Source: Octopus bimaculoides
Lineage: Eukaryota
DNA length: 64,000 nt
Assembly (NCBI RefSeq): GCF_001194135.2
Contig: NC_068985.1
Location: 43,018,293 to 43,082,292 of the forward strand
Direction of reading: 5' to 3'
Position 1 is the first letter of the stretch. Every line of letters starts with the position of its first letter. The notes beneath the pieces were generated by a model. That model did not search any database. It was given only the letters and a program-made list of their open reading frames with translations, and was not told the origin of the DNA. Position numbers and translations under genes: made by a program. Below, one piece after another: positions 12,583 through 25,762 of the stretch.

Positions 12583-12612
12583 TACATATATAACATGTAT
12601 ACACATATATGT

Positions 12613-12955
12613 GAAGGTGCATGGCTCAGTAGTTAAAGCACCGGGCTTACAATCATGAGGTAGTGAGTTTGATTACTGGACCAGGCTGTGGGTTATGTTA
12701 TTGAGCAAGACACTTTATTTCATGTTGCTCCAGTTCGCTCAGCTGTAGAAATGAGTTGCAACATCACTGGTGCCAAGCTGTATCTGTCTTTGCCTTTCCC
12801 TTGAATAACATGAGTTGTGTGGAGAGTGGAGGCTGATATGCACGGGCGACTGCTGGTCTTCCATAAACAAGCTTACTCAGACTTGTACCTTGGACGGGAA
12901 CTTTCTAGGAGCAATCCCATAGTCATTAATGACTGAAAGGAGTCTTTACCCTTTA
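12613..12955 (+). mobile_element. tRNA-derived SINE, family D
   Basis: TGGCTCAGTAGTTA A-box, TTGAGCAAGACACTTTATTTCA…GCTCCAGTT..CTCAGCTGTAGAAATGAG conserved core. Confidence 0.8.
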
Positions 12956-13161
12956 CACATACATATTATGTATATGTATGTGCATAATATCACATTAAGA
13001 TGAATATAACGATATTACATGTATATTTTGTGTGTGTATGCCACTAGTAGTCCAACTTATGCCAGTATATGCAAATTAGTAGCTCTAATTCTCTGAAGTC
13101 ACTGGCTTTGTTGTATAAACCTATTGGCTACTTGTTTCTCTGGTATTGGTCAAGTGATGTA

Positions 13162-13207
13162 GATACCTCTGAAGAGAACCCAGTGAGGTTCAAAAATTGA
13201 TTAAGGC
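13162..13207 (+). ncRNA. Degenerate type I hammerhead ribozyme motif (PLE-type)
   Basis: CCT CTGAAGA GAACC-cagtga-GGTTC [A]AAA A TTGA TTA AGG. Perfect 5-bp stem II with G10.1-C11.1 and stem I CCT/AGG. G12 reads A, consistent with CpG decay. Confidence 0.5.
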
Positions 13208-14982
13208 TGTTCATAATCTTTTCAATCTATGGAGAAATTATGAAATCATTAAATTTGCTCTGTTTGTGTGTCTACAATGTAGGCTACATATACATTATAA
13301 AATTAGTTTTAATTGGGATTTCAAGTCCAGTCAAACAGTTTACAACTTGCTGACTCTTGCATCAACCCTGCAAAACATATTGATTACTCGGTTTTTTTCT
13401 TTATACCTGAATGGAAATTTGACTTCTATTTCTAACAGGTTGGGTGACCACACAGTGACTCTTTCATTGGCATGTGTTGTGTTGTGTGTAACTTAATACC
13501 AAACTTTTTTCTTTGTGCATGATTATTCAGACTAGTGGGTTGTTTGAGATTTACCTTCTTACTCAGATTAAACTTACGTTATTCTTTATTTGCTGCCAAA
13601 ATCTTAAGTGCCAGTAGAATTAGAACCATTAATGAGAAGGAATAGGAAAGGCAAATGATTATCATTTTGCTTCTTTCCACTTTGCTGTAATTCCATTCTT
13701 TCAGAACAAAATGACTCCCTTTGTCTGCAAACAGCTGGCCCAATGATCAACAAGATATAGCATGTCTGTTTGCCTTATCACTCTCTCTCTCTGATTCAGA
13801 TCAGCAAACTCAGCTTGCCTATTCTCATTTTAAACTCCTGGATATGTTCAATCTTTCACATCTCTGATAGAATCAGTAAAATTCCAGCACTTATACGGTG
13901 TAATATTTGTAATTATTCTGTTTCTGTTCATTCTGAATGTGTGTATATATGATTGCTATCATGCATTTATAGCAATATCCGCCATATTATGTCATTCAGT
14001 TTTATTTATTACTGGATAGGAGGGACCCTCGTCATGACAACTCTAAAAAGAATTGAAGTGCTATTTTTGACATATCTTGGGTAATAATTCTATCAGTGCT
14101 GACTACATCTTCCATAGCCAATATAAAGATTGTGGCCCAATAGTAAAACTAACACAACATTGTTCATGCTATATAAAGTTGTTACTTGTGTCTCCTTAAA
14201 GGGATTACTTAAAATTGGGTGATTCAAATTAAAAGAGTGTTAAGTATGTTTCCCAGGATCAGAATACAGTTCTGATTACAACATACAATCAATGACCCCC
14301 TTGGTTCAGTATTTTTCTTATAAACAAGACATAACTATTTGGAAGGAAAACAGCTAGACAAACAAATAATAACTTATTGAGATTTAGAAAGGAAAACTAT
14401 ATTTTTGATGAACTTTTCAAGAAAACATTGGCTGCTATTCAGTTACAGAAATATAAATTCTTGAAACTTTAGAACAAATACTAAATAGAAGCCTTAAAAT
14501 CAGATATTTCCAAAGAAAAAAAACTTTGGACAGATATTAAAACATGTCTATTTCTAATTTGAAAACTTCACTAAGGCCAAAATATCTGCAAGTCTTGACC
14601 AAAAAGATGACATCAATGATGTAATTGCTTGAACTTATAATTTTCTTATAAACATTAACAAGATTTGATAATACCAGGGATCATAGAAATATTCTTTTTA
14701 ACTTCACAATCATTCCTTCATCATTAAAACTATGAAGACATGAAGCTCTAAATTCCCGCAGTGTAATAGTAATCATCTGAAGCAGGTGTTGAAATTAGAT
14801 AACTAAAAATAGTCAACATTTATGATTGGGTATTAAAAATATGTAAGCTACCTCTAATTTGGAAAAGGATTTGATAGCAGTGTTTAACTTTTCTGCTTCT
14901 ACTTCTTCAAACTGGAGTATTGAAAACACTCAGCTCTAAGTAAGATAGCTGAAGTTAAACATACGCTGAAAAATACTTAGAT

Positions 14983-15300
14983 CAGGAGTTTTCAAACTGG
15001 AGTGTGTAACAAAAATTGTAGCAGTAAGCAAACTTTGTAAAAACACTGGAATTTTTAAATAATCACAACCAACTAAACATAATTTGTGTACCTAGGAAAT
15101 GTATGGAGAGCCTTTTATTATTCTCATGCATTTATCATAGTGAACATGAATTTTCAGTGATGTTTATAACCAAAAACAAGTTCATGCAACTGTATTAACT
15201 GCAGGTTGGCCTCTTTGAAACTGTGCTGAGAATTGAGCAACTTGTTAAAAAAAAAGCCAGGCTCCCCTATCTCATTAAAAATCTAACATTAAATGAAACT
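14983..15300 (+). mobile_element. hAT (Charlie/Buster-like) deletion derivative
   Basis: TIR-like CAGGAGTTTTCAAACT at 14983 after ACTTAGAT. It is followed by a decayed dimerization-domain C-terminus LLFSCIYHSEHEFS…LQVGLFETVLRIEQLVKKK…SH* (stop 15275-15277). Confidence 0.65.
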
Positions 15301-16699
15301 GATTTTTTACAAAGGCACAAGATTAAAATTTTAGTCAGTTATTTTGATCCCAGTATTGACTGGTAGTTTATTTCATCAACACTAAAATTAAATTAAAAAC
15401 AAATAATACATGTCTGCTATCTGTTCTATGGCATCCAACCATTTTACACTATATTCTTCACACAGGGTATGTCAACACTGCTGGATATGATGAATGGGTA
15501 TGCTGAGAGAAAAAGTTTCATAATTCCTGACTTATATGAAACAATGTTGCAAAATGCACTTAGATATATCTGATATTGAAATATTTACATCAAATAGTGG
15601 CACTAAGTAATATGAATTTTATTACCAACTGTAAAGTTGTCCATCATGTTAGCTAGATAAAGAATTTCTACACAGTTCTAGGTTTCATTATTGAACAGGG
15701 TGATAGGTATTTACCAAAACCATAACATGTGGCTGTTTAAGCAATACAGTGTACTGTATTTCTCATGTGCAAATGAGGATATCTCTATTGAGGTTACTCA
15801 ACCTAAGTATAACAAATCTCCCTCTGCTGTCTTAAAAAGGACACATTGGACACTATAGTAACTTACTCTCAGACATGCAATAACTGAAAAAAGATAGGAT
15901 GGCCATGATTAGAATGCCTTTAATCATAGGTCAACTCAGAGCTGGGCTGGGGCTAAACACAACTTTTCTGCAAAGATATAACATGATTAAAATACTAGTG
16001 AGAATAGCATGAGGGCTTTCTACCTCAATATTCTATTTGACTTAGACATGTTGGTTTACTCTTTGTTCTTCTTTGGCTTTTTTTTTTTATGAGAAATTTC
16101 TAGTTTCTCTTAGTTTACCTCTAATCCTATATTTCCTTGGTCTGTCTCTCATTTCATCTCTATATTCTACAAACCATCAAATTCTAATGCTCACAGTATT
16201 CTTTTCTATTCTAAGCACAATGCCCAAAATTTTGGGGGAGGGGGCCAGTCAATTAGATCAACCCCAGTACACAACTGGTACTTAATTTATCAACCCCAAA
16301 AGGATGAAAGGCAAAGTCGAGATTGGCAGAATTTTAATGCATACAGTATTGAACTATACTATACATGGTACCTACATAGTGCTAGATGCACTCAGTTGTG
16401 TGCACAATGCACAGAATATGAATTGCTGATCACTTAGTTGATTTTCTGATGCCCCTGCCATCTTTGTTACACATCCAAATCATGTATTTCTTGAAACAAA
16501 CATATCAGCCAATACAAAACTTCTTTCTCACTGTTCTTGTAGTCTTTCTCTCGTCCATTCTCTTCACTTATTCTCCAACCTTAGTAAGTCTTCTTTCTTT
16601 AACAACTGAAGTTAGAACTACTGAGTTGAAATCAAAGTATTTCTAACAGTAATATTATTCCTACTCATCATTACATTACCCACATCATCACCAATTCCT

Positions 16700-17150
16700 A
16701 CATTGTAGAAAGAATTAGCTGGAACCAAACCAACTTTAACAGCAATGCTTTATCTGTTCATCTCTACATGATCAGTACCAGCAATTGTAAACAGAACTGA
16801 TCAAAATATTTTACCATCAATACTGTATCTGCTCATCTCGACACTATCGACAAAGACTCCACTACTTTCTTACATCTCTGACAATTATTATTACTAACCT
16901 AGGACAATTGACAATCTATTCACAACCTATTTTACAGCATTTTTTAAAATCCAGATCTTTATTCTCCATCTTTCAGTTCCTTGTCCGAAGTGGTTAATCT
17001 TTCTGCCAAAATGTAAATTTTTCCAACATCAAAGAAAAATAAGTTCCCTACAACTCATGTATAACAAATGTCCAATATAAAGACTCACATCCAGATCATG
17101 TAAAAATGGTGAACTCCAGTTATTGCTCTTAGCAGCTTCATCTTTTCTTA
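16700..17150 (+). mobile_element. Possible very old Penelope-like RT remnant
   Basis: Frameshifted traces resembling VNF.DI and SHP.HVK motifs. Weak. Confidence 0.25.
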
Positions 17151-18530
17151 TCAGTTAATTCAAAATCCTCAGACTGTGATATAGTCAAGAGTGGACATTA
17201 TGAAAGGATACCATGAGTTGATGATAGAAAACTCAATGAGTTGATATTATAGATGGACTCTTTAAGCAGGCATTAAGAGTTACAATAAAAGACTAAATCT
17301 GGACCTAAACCAAGGAAAAAGTGTAAAGATACACCAGCAGAAAAAGACCCATAAAATTATGAATGGAATAATAAAAGAGAAAATAAAAACACAGAAGATT
17401 AAGTTAATAAACCAAACTTTAGTACTCTAATAACAACTTCTTTTAGATTTTAACTGGTGATAATCACACTTATGACAAAATCTCACTGGTTATGGTAGCA
17501 CTACCTAACTAGCTTCTTAAACTACTTTGCATTAGTAATAAATTGAATTCAATTAGGTCGCATATACTTTTAGTATTTTCCTCCCATTCATAATTACTGA
17601 TATATGACATATGACTATTTAATTGTGTTATTTCATTAGTCTACTAGTTTTCACACAGCTCTCTTCAGATTTAACATTGAACCTTCCAAGCATCATCAAA
17701 AACCTTTTCTTCTAGTTTTGTAATAATCCAACGACATTACACACACTCACACCATCAACAGACACTAAGCAAAGTGGCTTCCTTATTGATAACAAATTAG
17801 TGAGAGTTTGCTCAGTAAAATAAACCAAATAGTTGAGAAAAACATAAGAGTCTATTGACATTTATAATGTATCAAGAAATTTACTCACAACATTTTTTGG
17901 GGTCAAGTTACTTTGTTTATTCGGTCGGAGATAAAAAAAATGGAACCAATTTAGCTCTTTAATGGATAAAACTGACTCAAAGGAAACTTCTAAGCAGTCT
18001 GAATGAAGCATGTTTCAAGTATTTTTCCTACAACAGTGGATTATTTTAATTGTTTCTTTCCTTTTTTCCTGTTAGATTCAAAAACTTCTTTGTTACTCCC
18101 ACCATCACTCTCATTAGATACTTTCAATTGAACTATCCCCGCATTTCCTATTTATTGTGTTATATTGGTCAAGATACTAACACCATCATCATCATCACCA
18201 GCAACATTATGATTACAGCTATGATGGTGCTCCAATTCAGAATGGTACATAACTAGTCACATATGTGCCAGAATGACGAGTTATTCAAAAGCCTAACTTA
18301 TTTTTTTATACAAAGTAAAAGAAAGAAAATTACCATTGCAATCTTTCTAATTGATATATTCTAGTCTACTACCATCACTAATATGTTATGGATTAGCTTT
18401 TGTTTATACTAAACTTGCAATTGATTGTCAAAGACTGGAAGAGAGAGAGAGAGAGTTCCAAACTGGTCCAGCTTCTGCAGCGAATATATGATCAAAATCA
18501 TTTCAGCCATTACCGTACCTTTTTGTTTTT

Positions 18531-18870
18531 AGGTGCAGGTACTGCTTTGTGGTTAAGAAGCTCGTTTGGCGACTATATGGTTGTGGGTTCAGTCCCACTG
18601 TAGTGCACCTTGGGCAAGTGTCTTCTATTATAGCCCCAGGTCGATCAATACCTTGTGAGTGGATTTGGCGGGTAAAACCTGTGAGGAAGCCCATCATATA
18701 TACATGTGTTTTTGTGTTTGACTCCTCTCCACTGCTTGACAACTGGTGTTGGTTTGTTTACATTCCAATAACTTAGTGGTTCAGCAAAAGAAGCCAATAG
18801 AACAAGTACCAGACTTTAAGTACTGGTAAGATGGTGCCCCATCATGGCTGTAGTCCAATGACAAATAACA
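18531..18870 (+). mobile_element. SINE family A
   Basis: Same head, core and tail as 11220-11645 in the opposite orientation. Confidence 0.8.
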
Positions 18871-18879
18871 GATAAAAGA

Positions 18880-19525
18880 TAGTTGGAACTATATGATGTG
18901 TGATTTAAGAAAATTTGGTTGCTATTTGAGGAATGAGTTGTTCAGAGAAGAAAAAGCAGTATTTGTGATCATTTCCAGTATCTCCAAGACTGGTGGAAGG
19001 GGTGGGGAGAAAATTATTTTTAGGCCAGAGACCTGGCATGAATACTTGAAACAGAGGGGATTCAGCTTAAGATGCCAGAGTACCATATAATGGCCTTGTG
19101 CCTATGTTTAGAAATGGTGGTGAAGAAGATTGTATGGAAAATTAAAAGGACTAAGAACAGACACTTTCTTCTTAACCATTCCTTCATCAAATTCCACTTA
19201 AAGAGGAAAGTGAGAATGGACCCTGCCAAAAGACAGGTGACAATGGCAAGAATGGCCAAGGTGAATGGCCTAGTCTCAGTATACATCTATAGGCCAGAGA
19301 ATATAGTCCAAGGTAATCGGAATAAGTATGTGGGATTTCTGGACTGGTTTTAGGTGAAGGTCAATATTGCCACAGTCTCATCCGCATGCATTACTCTAAC
19401 TCATTAATACATATTGCGCTGGCTCATTAATACATATTGTGATGTCTTATTGATATTTCTTCTATACATGTTTTTCCTGGTTTTGTTTGCAATTCTATGT
19501 AAACTGCCATTGTTTTTGGAAATTG
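18880..19525 (+). mobile_element. Probable Tx1/L1-clade LINE 3' remnant
   Basis: ORF piece …VVKKIVWK…FHLKRKVRM…ARMAKVNG resembles Tx1-like ORF2 C-termini. It is followed by a T-rich UTR and AATAAA near 19512. Confidence 0.5.
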
Positions 19526-19611
19526 TTCTTCCTTGTAATGTTCCTTATTTGTTTTGGTAATATCAATGTAACAAATAAAACAAATTATCAGGAGTAGTAT
19601 TATCATCAGTT

Positions 19612-19829
19612 ACACTGGCAGATGAAAAATAATGCCTTGCAATGCAGTATTTCTTCTGACTCTTTACATCCTGTGTTCAAATTTTGCTGAGGTGAACTTT
19701 GCTTTTTTATCCTTCCAAGATCAATAAAATAAAGTACCAGTCAAATACTGTGGTTGATGTAATCAACTAACTCCCTTCCCCTCAAAACTGCTGACCTTGT
19801 GTTTAAATTAGAAACAATTATTATTATTA

Positions 19830-19861
<32 letters not shown>

Positions 19862-20125
19862 GCTTAGTGGTTAGGGTGTTGCACTTGAGATCTAGCAATC
19901 ATGAGTTCAATTTCCAGACCAGGTGGTACATTGTGTTCTTGAGCAAAGAACATCATCTCGCATTGCTCTGCAATCACTTTGACACCCGTTCAGACAATGT
20001 TGATTTGATAGAGAGAGTGACCTAATATGGGGCATGAACATTTGATCACTATATACAAATCATTTGTGCAGGTCATTCAGCAGAAGCTGAATGTTCACAT
20101 GTTGTCTTCGACAGGAGAGTCCGTC
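19612..20125 (+). mobile_element. SINE B followed by a tRNA-head SINE (family D variant), joined through (ATT)n
   Basis: B tail at 19790-19860; GCTTAGTGGTTAGGG head and TTGAGCAA core at 19862. Confidence 0.65.
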
Positions 20126-20754
20126 ATTATTATTATTTACCTTTGAGATTTGAATTCAAAACTATGTGAGATAGTTGGGAGGACAACCCATGCTCAATAT
20201 AATCATCATCACAATACCCCCTACCCCCATACACCAGAATCAGTTGGAATAGCTTTGACTGGAGGCTTATGCAACCAAAGTCAACCTGTTATTAAACAAC
20301 AACATAAGTGAATACCACGTTTGTAAGTTCTAAATAATTAATGAAAACTATGTTGCCAAGAAACAGAATATTTCTGAAGAATTTAATTTTACATATAGTT
20401 CTATAAATTGTACATAATGGTTCAAATGCCTCCCATAACCAGGGAAGACCATTGGAAGAGTGGCTACAGCTGTTACCATTGTCAAAGTATTTGAATTACT
20501 GATGAGTTTTAACTAGCAGGAACTCTCAATAGGAATACTTTTGAAAATCGTATTTAGCAAAACAGTGACAGATCTTTGTAAGTAAAAGGTCCTACAATAG
20601 CTGATAAAACTTTTGAACATTGTTCTTTGAAGAGAGAAAAAAATGACAAGATAAGGATAAAATTTATATAAGAAATAACTCACTCCAAGATTCAAAGACA
20701 TCAAATTTTAAAATTAACTGAATTGAAACAATGTTGTTTATATATATATATATA

Positions 20755-21015
20755 AAGCACCCATGCTGGTGCCATGTATAAAGCATTGGTGTTGGTACCA
20801 CATAAAACCATCAGTAAAGTGGTTGGTGTTCGGAAGGGCATTCAGCTGTAGAGACCATGCCAAAACAGACAATTATAATTAGAGCCTGGTGCAACTCTCC
20901 AGCTTGCCAGCTCCAGTCAAATCGTCCAGTCAAATCGTCCAGTCAAATCGTCCAGTCAAATCGTCCAGTCAAATCGTCCAGCCCATGGAAAACGAACATA
21001 TGACAACAATGATGA
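20755..21015 (+). mobile_element. RTE-type 3' tail with a 13-bp tandem expansion
   Basis: GTTCGGAAGGGCATTCAGCTGTAG motif; (TCCAGTCAAATCG)x5 at 20912-20976. Confidence 0.7.
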
Positions 21016-21829
21016 TAATTATGTATGTGTATGTGTGTGTGTAAGATATAAACATACATGTGTTAAATATAGATTAGACGAGTTGGCATGTGCTGAGGCA
21101 TAAAACCACAAATATTTAACAATAAGTTAAGATATTTAGAGCAGCAACATTGGTCCACAGGAGAAGTATGGAACAGGATGAAACATGGCACTATTTAATG
21201 TCAGTCACATGTGTATGAATGGATATTTCTGGAAGAGTGCATAAACAAGATTGTTTTTATGACATGCTTTTTGATATTGAGATTGTCTTATAATCAGAAG
21301 TGTGTGCATGTGTGTGAAGGACGGAAAATAGTTAGGGATATAGAATCCAATGCAAGTGAGAGTGGGGAAAATGAATGTTAAAATGATGATGATGATGACA
21401 GAAATACACATATATGCAGCAAAAGAGAAGAGATAGACATACAAAAAATGAAGAGAGAATGAGAGAAGCATATATAGATACACACATAGCACAAATGTAC
21501 TGAGAGGAACATGTGCAAGCACTTGAGGACCAGTTTAATTATCAACTTTGTACAATAGATTCCGTAACCCTTATGTTATATATAACTGAGTTTTTAAAAC
21601 TATGAAAACAAAGGAAGACTGTTTCACTCAGCTCTTCTACAAGGTAAATATTGCAGCTATAGTTTTATTTTCACAGTTTTATATTATTAGAGTGGGCAAG
21701 AGTGGGGGAGAGGAGTGGGGGGGGAGATAGTGAGGCATACATTTGTATACTTGACTTCATTATAAAGTAGATAGATTAGAAGACAGGATATTCATAACTT
21801 CACGTATCATTTATGAATGTGTGCTGAAA

Positions 21830-22775
21830 CTTTTATGTGTTTCAGTCATTTGACTGTGGCCATGCTGGAGCACCACCTTAAAGAGTTTTTAGTTGAAGAA
21901 ATTGACCCCAGGACTTATTCTGTGTAAGCTTAGTACTTATTCTATCTGTCTTGTTTGCTGAACCACTAAGTTATGGGGACATAAACAAACCAGCATCAGT
22001 TGTCAAGGGATGGTAGGGAGACAAACCAAACACAGACACACAAGTCCGTATATACATACATACATATGACAGGCTTTTTTCAGTTTCCATCTACCAAATT
22101 CACTCACAAATGGTTTGGTCAACCCAAGGCTATAGTAGAAAACACTTGCCCAAGGTGTCACGCAGTGAGACTGAACTCAGAACAATGTAGTTGGGAAGCA
22201 AACTTCTTACCACACAGCCAATACTGGAGCTGAAATTTTATATATATGTCAATATTGGCTTCAGTTGACAATGAGTTCAAATGTTTTGACATTCATGCCT
22301 TTCCAACCTCAAGTGATGGTGTATCAATTTGGAGTAAAAATCAGACAATAGCAGTTTGTGACATATATATATATACAGATCTTTTAGCTTTTACTTGTTT
22401 CAGTCACAGAACTGCGGTCATGCTGGGGCACTGCTTTGAAAGGTTTAGTTGAACAAATCGACCCCAGCACATATTTGTTAAATCTAGTACTTATTCTGTC
22501 AGTCTCTTTTGCCAAATCACTAAGTTACCAGGGCATAAACCAAAACTGGTTGTCAAGTGGTAGTGAGGGACAAAGGCAACACAAACATACAGACTATACT
22601 CACACACACACAATAGGCTTCATTCAGTTTCCATCTACCAAATTATTTACAAGGCTTTGGTTGGCCAAGGGCTATAGTAAATGATACTTGCCCAAGGTGC
22701 GACTCAGAGAGACTGAACCCAGAGCCACACAGTTGGGAAGCAAGTTTCTTTTCCACAAAGCCATGCTTGTGCCTA
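21830..22775 (-). mobile_element. Two tandem SINE family A copies (about 21830-22205 and 22385-22775)
   Basis: Both align by eye to 11220-11645 and are CpG-decayed. Confidence 0.8.
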
Positions 22776-24989
22776 TAAATACATACATGTAAATAAACAC
22801 GATCCAAATGGTTAAGTCATATGCATAGTTAGTACTTTGATGACTAATCAAACTGAAAGAAATATAAATTTTACAACAAGACAAGTTGATTGAGTTTGTC
22901 TTAAAGTAAAAATGAAATGAAAAATGTAGCTATAGATATACATAACAGGAAATGGTTATGTCCGGAATGCCTCTAAAACATAACACAGATTAATGAGGAC
23001 CAGCTCAGTGAAATCTGGTATGAATGATAGTGGTAACTCATTAGAGCTGCGATTCTCAACCAGGGTCCATTTGGCGCTGTATACATTTTATACTCATCTC
23101 TATTACAGACTCACTTGCATGCCTACATTTTATTTTGTTCACTCCTTCATGTGTTTTGTACATTATTGCAGACTCACTTTCCTGTACTTACACACTCACA
23201 CCCATTAGTACAGGTATGGCTGTGTGGTTAAGAAGTTTGTAGTTTCAGGTTCAATCCTACAGTACTTTGTCTAGGGCAAGTGTTTTCTACCATTGTTCTT
23301 GGACAACCAAAGCTATTTGAGTAGATGTTATTATCATAAACAGAAAGAAGCTCATTGTATATCATCATCATTGTTTTATGTCCACTTTTTATGCAGGCAT
23401 AGGTTGGACGGGTTGCTATGGCAGGAATCAGTACAAATTTGGGGATGGTGTTTATAAAGACAGGTTGTGAGAACCATGACTTACTGGTGAATTTCACTTT
23501 TAGCTACATTTCTAGAGTAAGGTGCCCTTCTTAAGTCCAATTACTTTAAACTGTATGCTGGATGCTTTTTTCACAGCAACCAAATCAAATACTGCAAGGA
23601 TTCTGTCCAAATCTAAGAATTCTACCAATCTACCTTTCTGAACAGGTACTTTACTTTATTACCAACAGGTAAAGTTGATTTTGGTGGGATTTAAACTCAG
23701 AACATAAAGAGATGGGACAAATGCTCCATGGAATTTTGTTTGCTGCTTTCATGTATAATATGATTCCACTACTACTTACTTTCAATGAAAACAAGTTGGA
23801 AAATAATTTAACATAGTTCTTATTGATGAATGTTCTATACTACTCTGTTTATGCAATGAAAGTTGACAGGTTTGAAACTTGAAGGAAATTGCTATTGAAA
23901 AGGTTACATACTGTAAGTTCTTGCATAGCTGTAATGATGTTTTGCTGTAGAGTTTTGTGAGCTGTGTACATTGCTGTTGCCTGTTGGAAAATAGCCAAGC
24001 TATAAAGTACTGTTGCTGCCCTTCAGTTGCTGCTGCTATATGTGCAGTAGGCTGTTGGAAATGTCTGCATGTATTGGTACAGCAATCGGCAATTAGGCAT
24101 GCCCATTAATATAACATCATGCTAATCACTGGTTGGCTGATTATTGGAAACAGCTGATTTAGTGTTAATATTGTCAGTACTATGTCAGCTGCAACTAATA
24201 TCAACAATTGTGACATTTAACACAGCATGTTAATTATTAATTAGTTGAGAAGTGTGAATTAAATTAATTCAACCATAAATTAAATCAGTGAGCACACTGT
24301 TCATATTGTTGGTACACAAGTATTGTCTTCCTTTTATCAGGTGAAGAAATATCTGCTGCCATCATTTTTGATTATTTTCACGGCTGCCTCAGTGCTTTCA
24401 TCTTTCTCAGACCTCCAACAGAGTGACACATTTTCACACACACACACTTGAATTACAATTCCATTCATAGAATTCAGTATAATACCACACACATAAAACT
24501 GGATTTCTTTGTCTTGGGACTGGAGTTTCTGGCCACTTCAAACTTCAAGCAAGAAACTAGATTATCTGAACACACACACACACACACACACATTATCTGT
24601 GGGTATATTTTACAAAGGTACTGAAAATATGTCTATGATTACTGATGTTTACTCCAAGTCTGCGCAAATGATGCAAATTTATAATCAGTCATTCCACCTG
24701 TAACCATCTCATATTCTTGTAGGTCAAGAATTACACATTTCTAGTTAAAAACAGTACCCCAGTAAGACCACAGTCCAATGACTGAAACCAAGAAATATAT
24801 AAACAATATATAAACACACTCATCAATAATTATAAATATATACGCATGTCAGTAGTTATATGTATAAAAACAAGAACAAGAAGAGGTAGTACAAATATCA
24901 AAACCATTTTACTGCTTTCCATGACATTTTTGAATATTAATAAATCATTTTGTTACTGACTTGTAATGGTGATACTTTACCACCCCTAT

Positions 24990-25159
24990 GCATTTCAAAT
25001 ATTCTTATTTTCTGAGCCTGGTTCTATTGGTCTCCTTTGCTGAACTGCTAATTTATGGAGACATAAACTCACCAACCTTGGTTGTCAAGCAATCATATAT
25101 ATATGTATATGAATGTATCATATATATTTATGTATATAGTATCATATATTTACATGATG

Positions 25160-25204
<45 letters not shown>

Positions 25205-25685
25205 CCATGTGTCTCCTTGTGTTGGCATTGCATGACATGTAAATGAGTCCCACCATTATTTTAATGTCCTTTGCCACAAATATATTAGACAGGCAGAATT
25301 CATTGAGGTCGATTTTCTAAAGCCAGATGCCTTTCCTGTTACCAACACCCACTTGTTTCCAAGCAAAACAGCATTTCCCCACTGTCTGTCATGTTTTCCC
25401 AGAAGACTGGAATGAATAACACCATTTGCATGACAGTGGTGCTCATTTATAACTGTCACACAACGTCATGATAACAAGATGCAAACACACACATAAAGAT
25501 ATATATATATACATATATAATGGGCTTCTCTCAATTTCCACCTACCAAATCCACTCACAAGGCTCTGGTTGGATCCAAGACCATAGTAGAAGTCACTTAT
25601 CTAAGGTGTTACAGTGGGGCTGAACTCGAAGCCTTGTGGTTGGGAAGCAAACTTCTTAACCACACACCCATGCCTGCAGCCATAC
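24990..25685 (-). mobile_element. SINE A tail plus an A-headed, RTE-tailed composite SINE
   Basis: A head at about 25680; middle segment shared with 44550-44790. Confidence 0.6.
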
Positions 25686-25724
25686 ACAACAATGTGCATG
25701 TGCCTATGCACAATCATGCCTGCT

Positions 25725-25762
<38 letters not shown>

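Noticed and set aside
11611-12606. Long ORFs in the track (also 49617-50212, 50814-51572 in part, 9648-10038)
   Set aside because: They are artefacts of N runs and (TA)n/(CA)n microsatellites. Only the RTE portion of 50895-51572 is real coding remnant.
17630-17675. CTGAAGA…GAAAACTAGTA on the minus strand
   Set aside because: Stem II does not close and stem I does not pair; at best a very decayed relic.
21700-21726. G-rich tract with G-quadruplex potential
   Set aside because: Short, irregular loops and no supporting context.
24290-24560. Candidate bicc1 exon 2 after a (TG)n-CAG acceptor
   Set aside because: Phase-1 translation (DNLVSCLKF…) has no BICC1 similarity and runs into a stop without a good donor.
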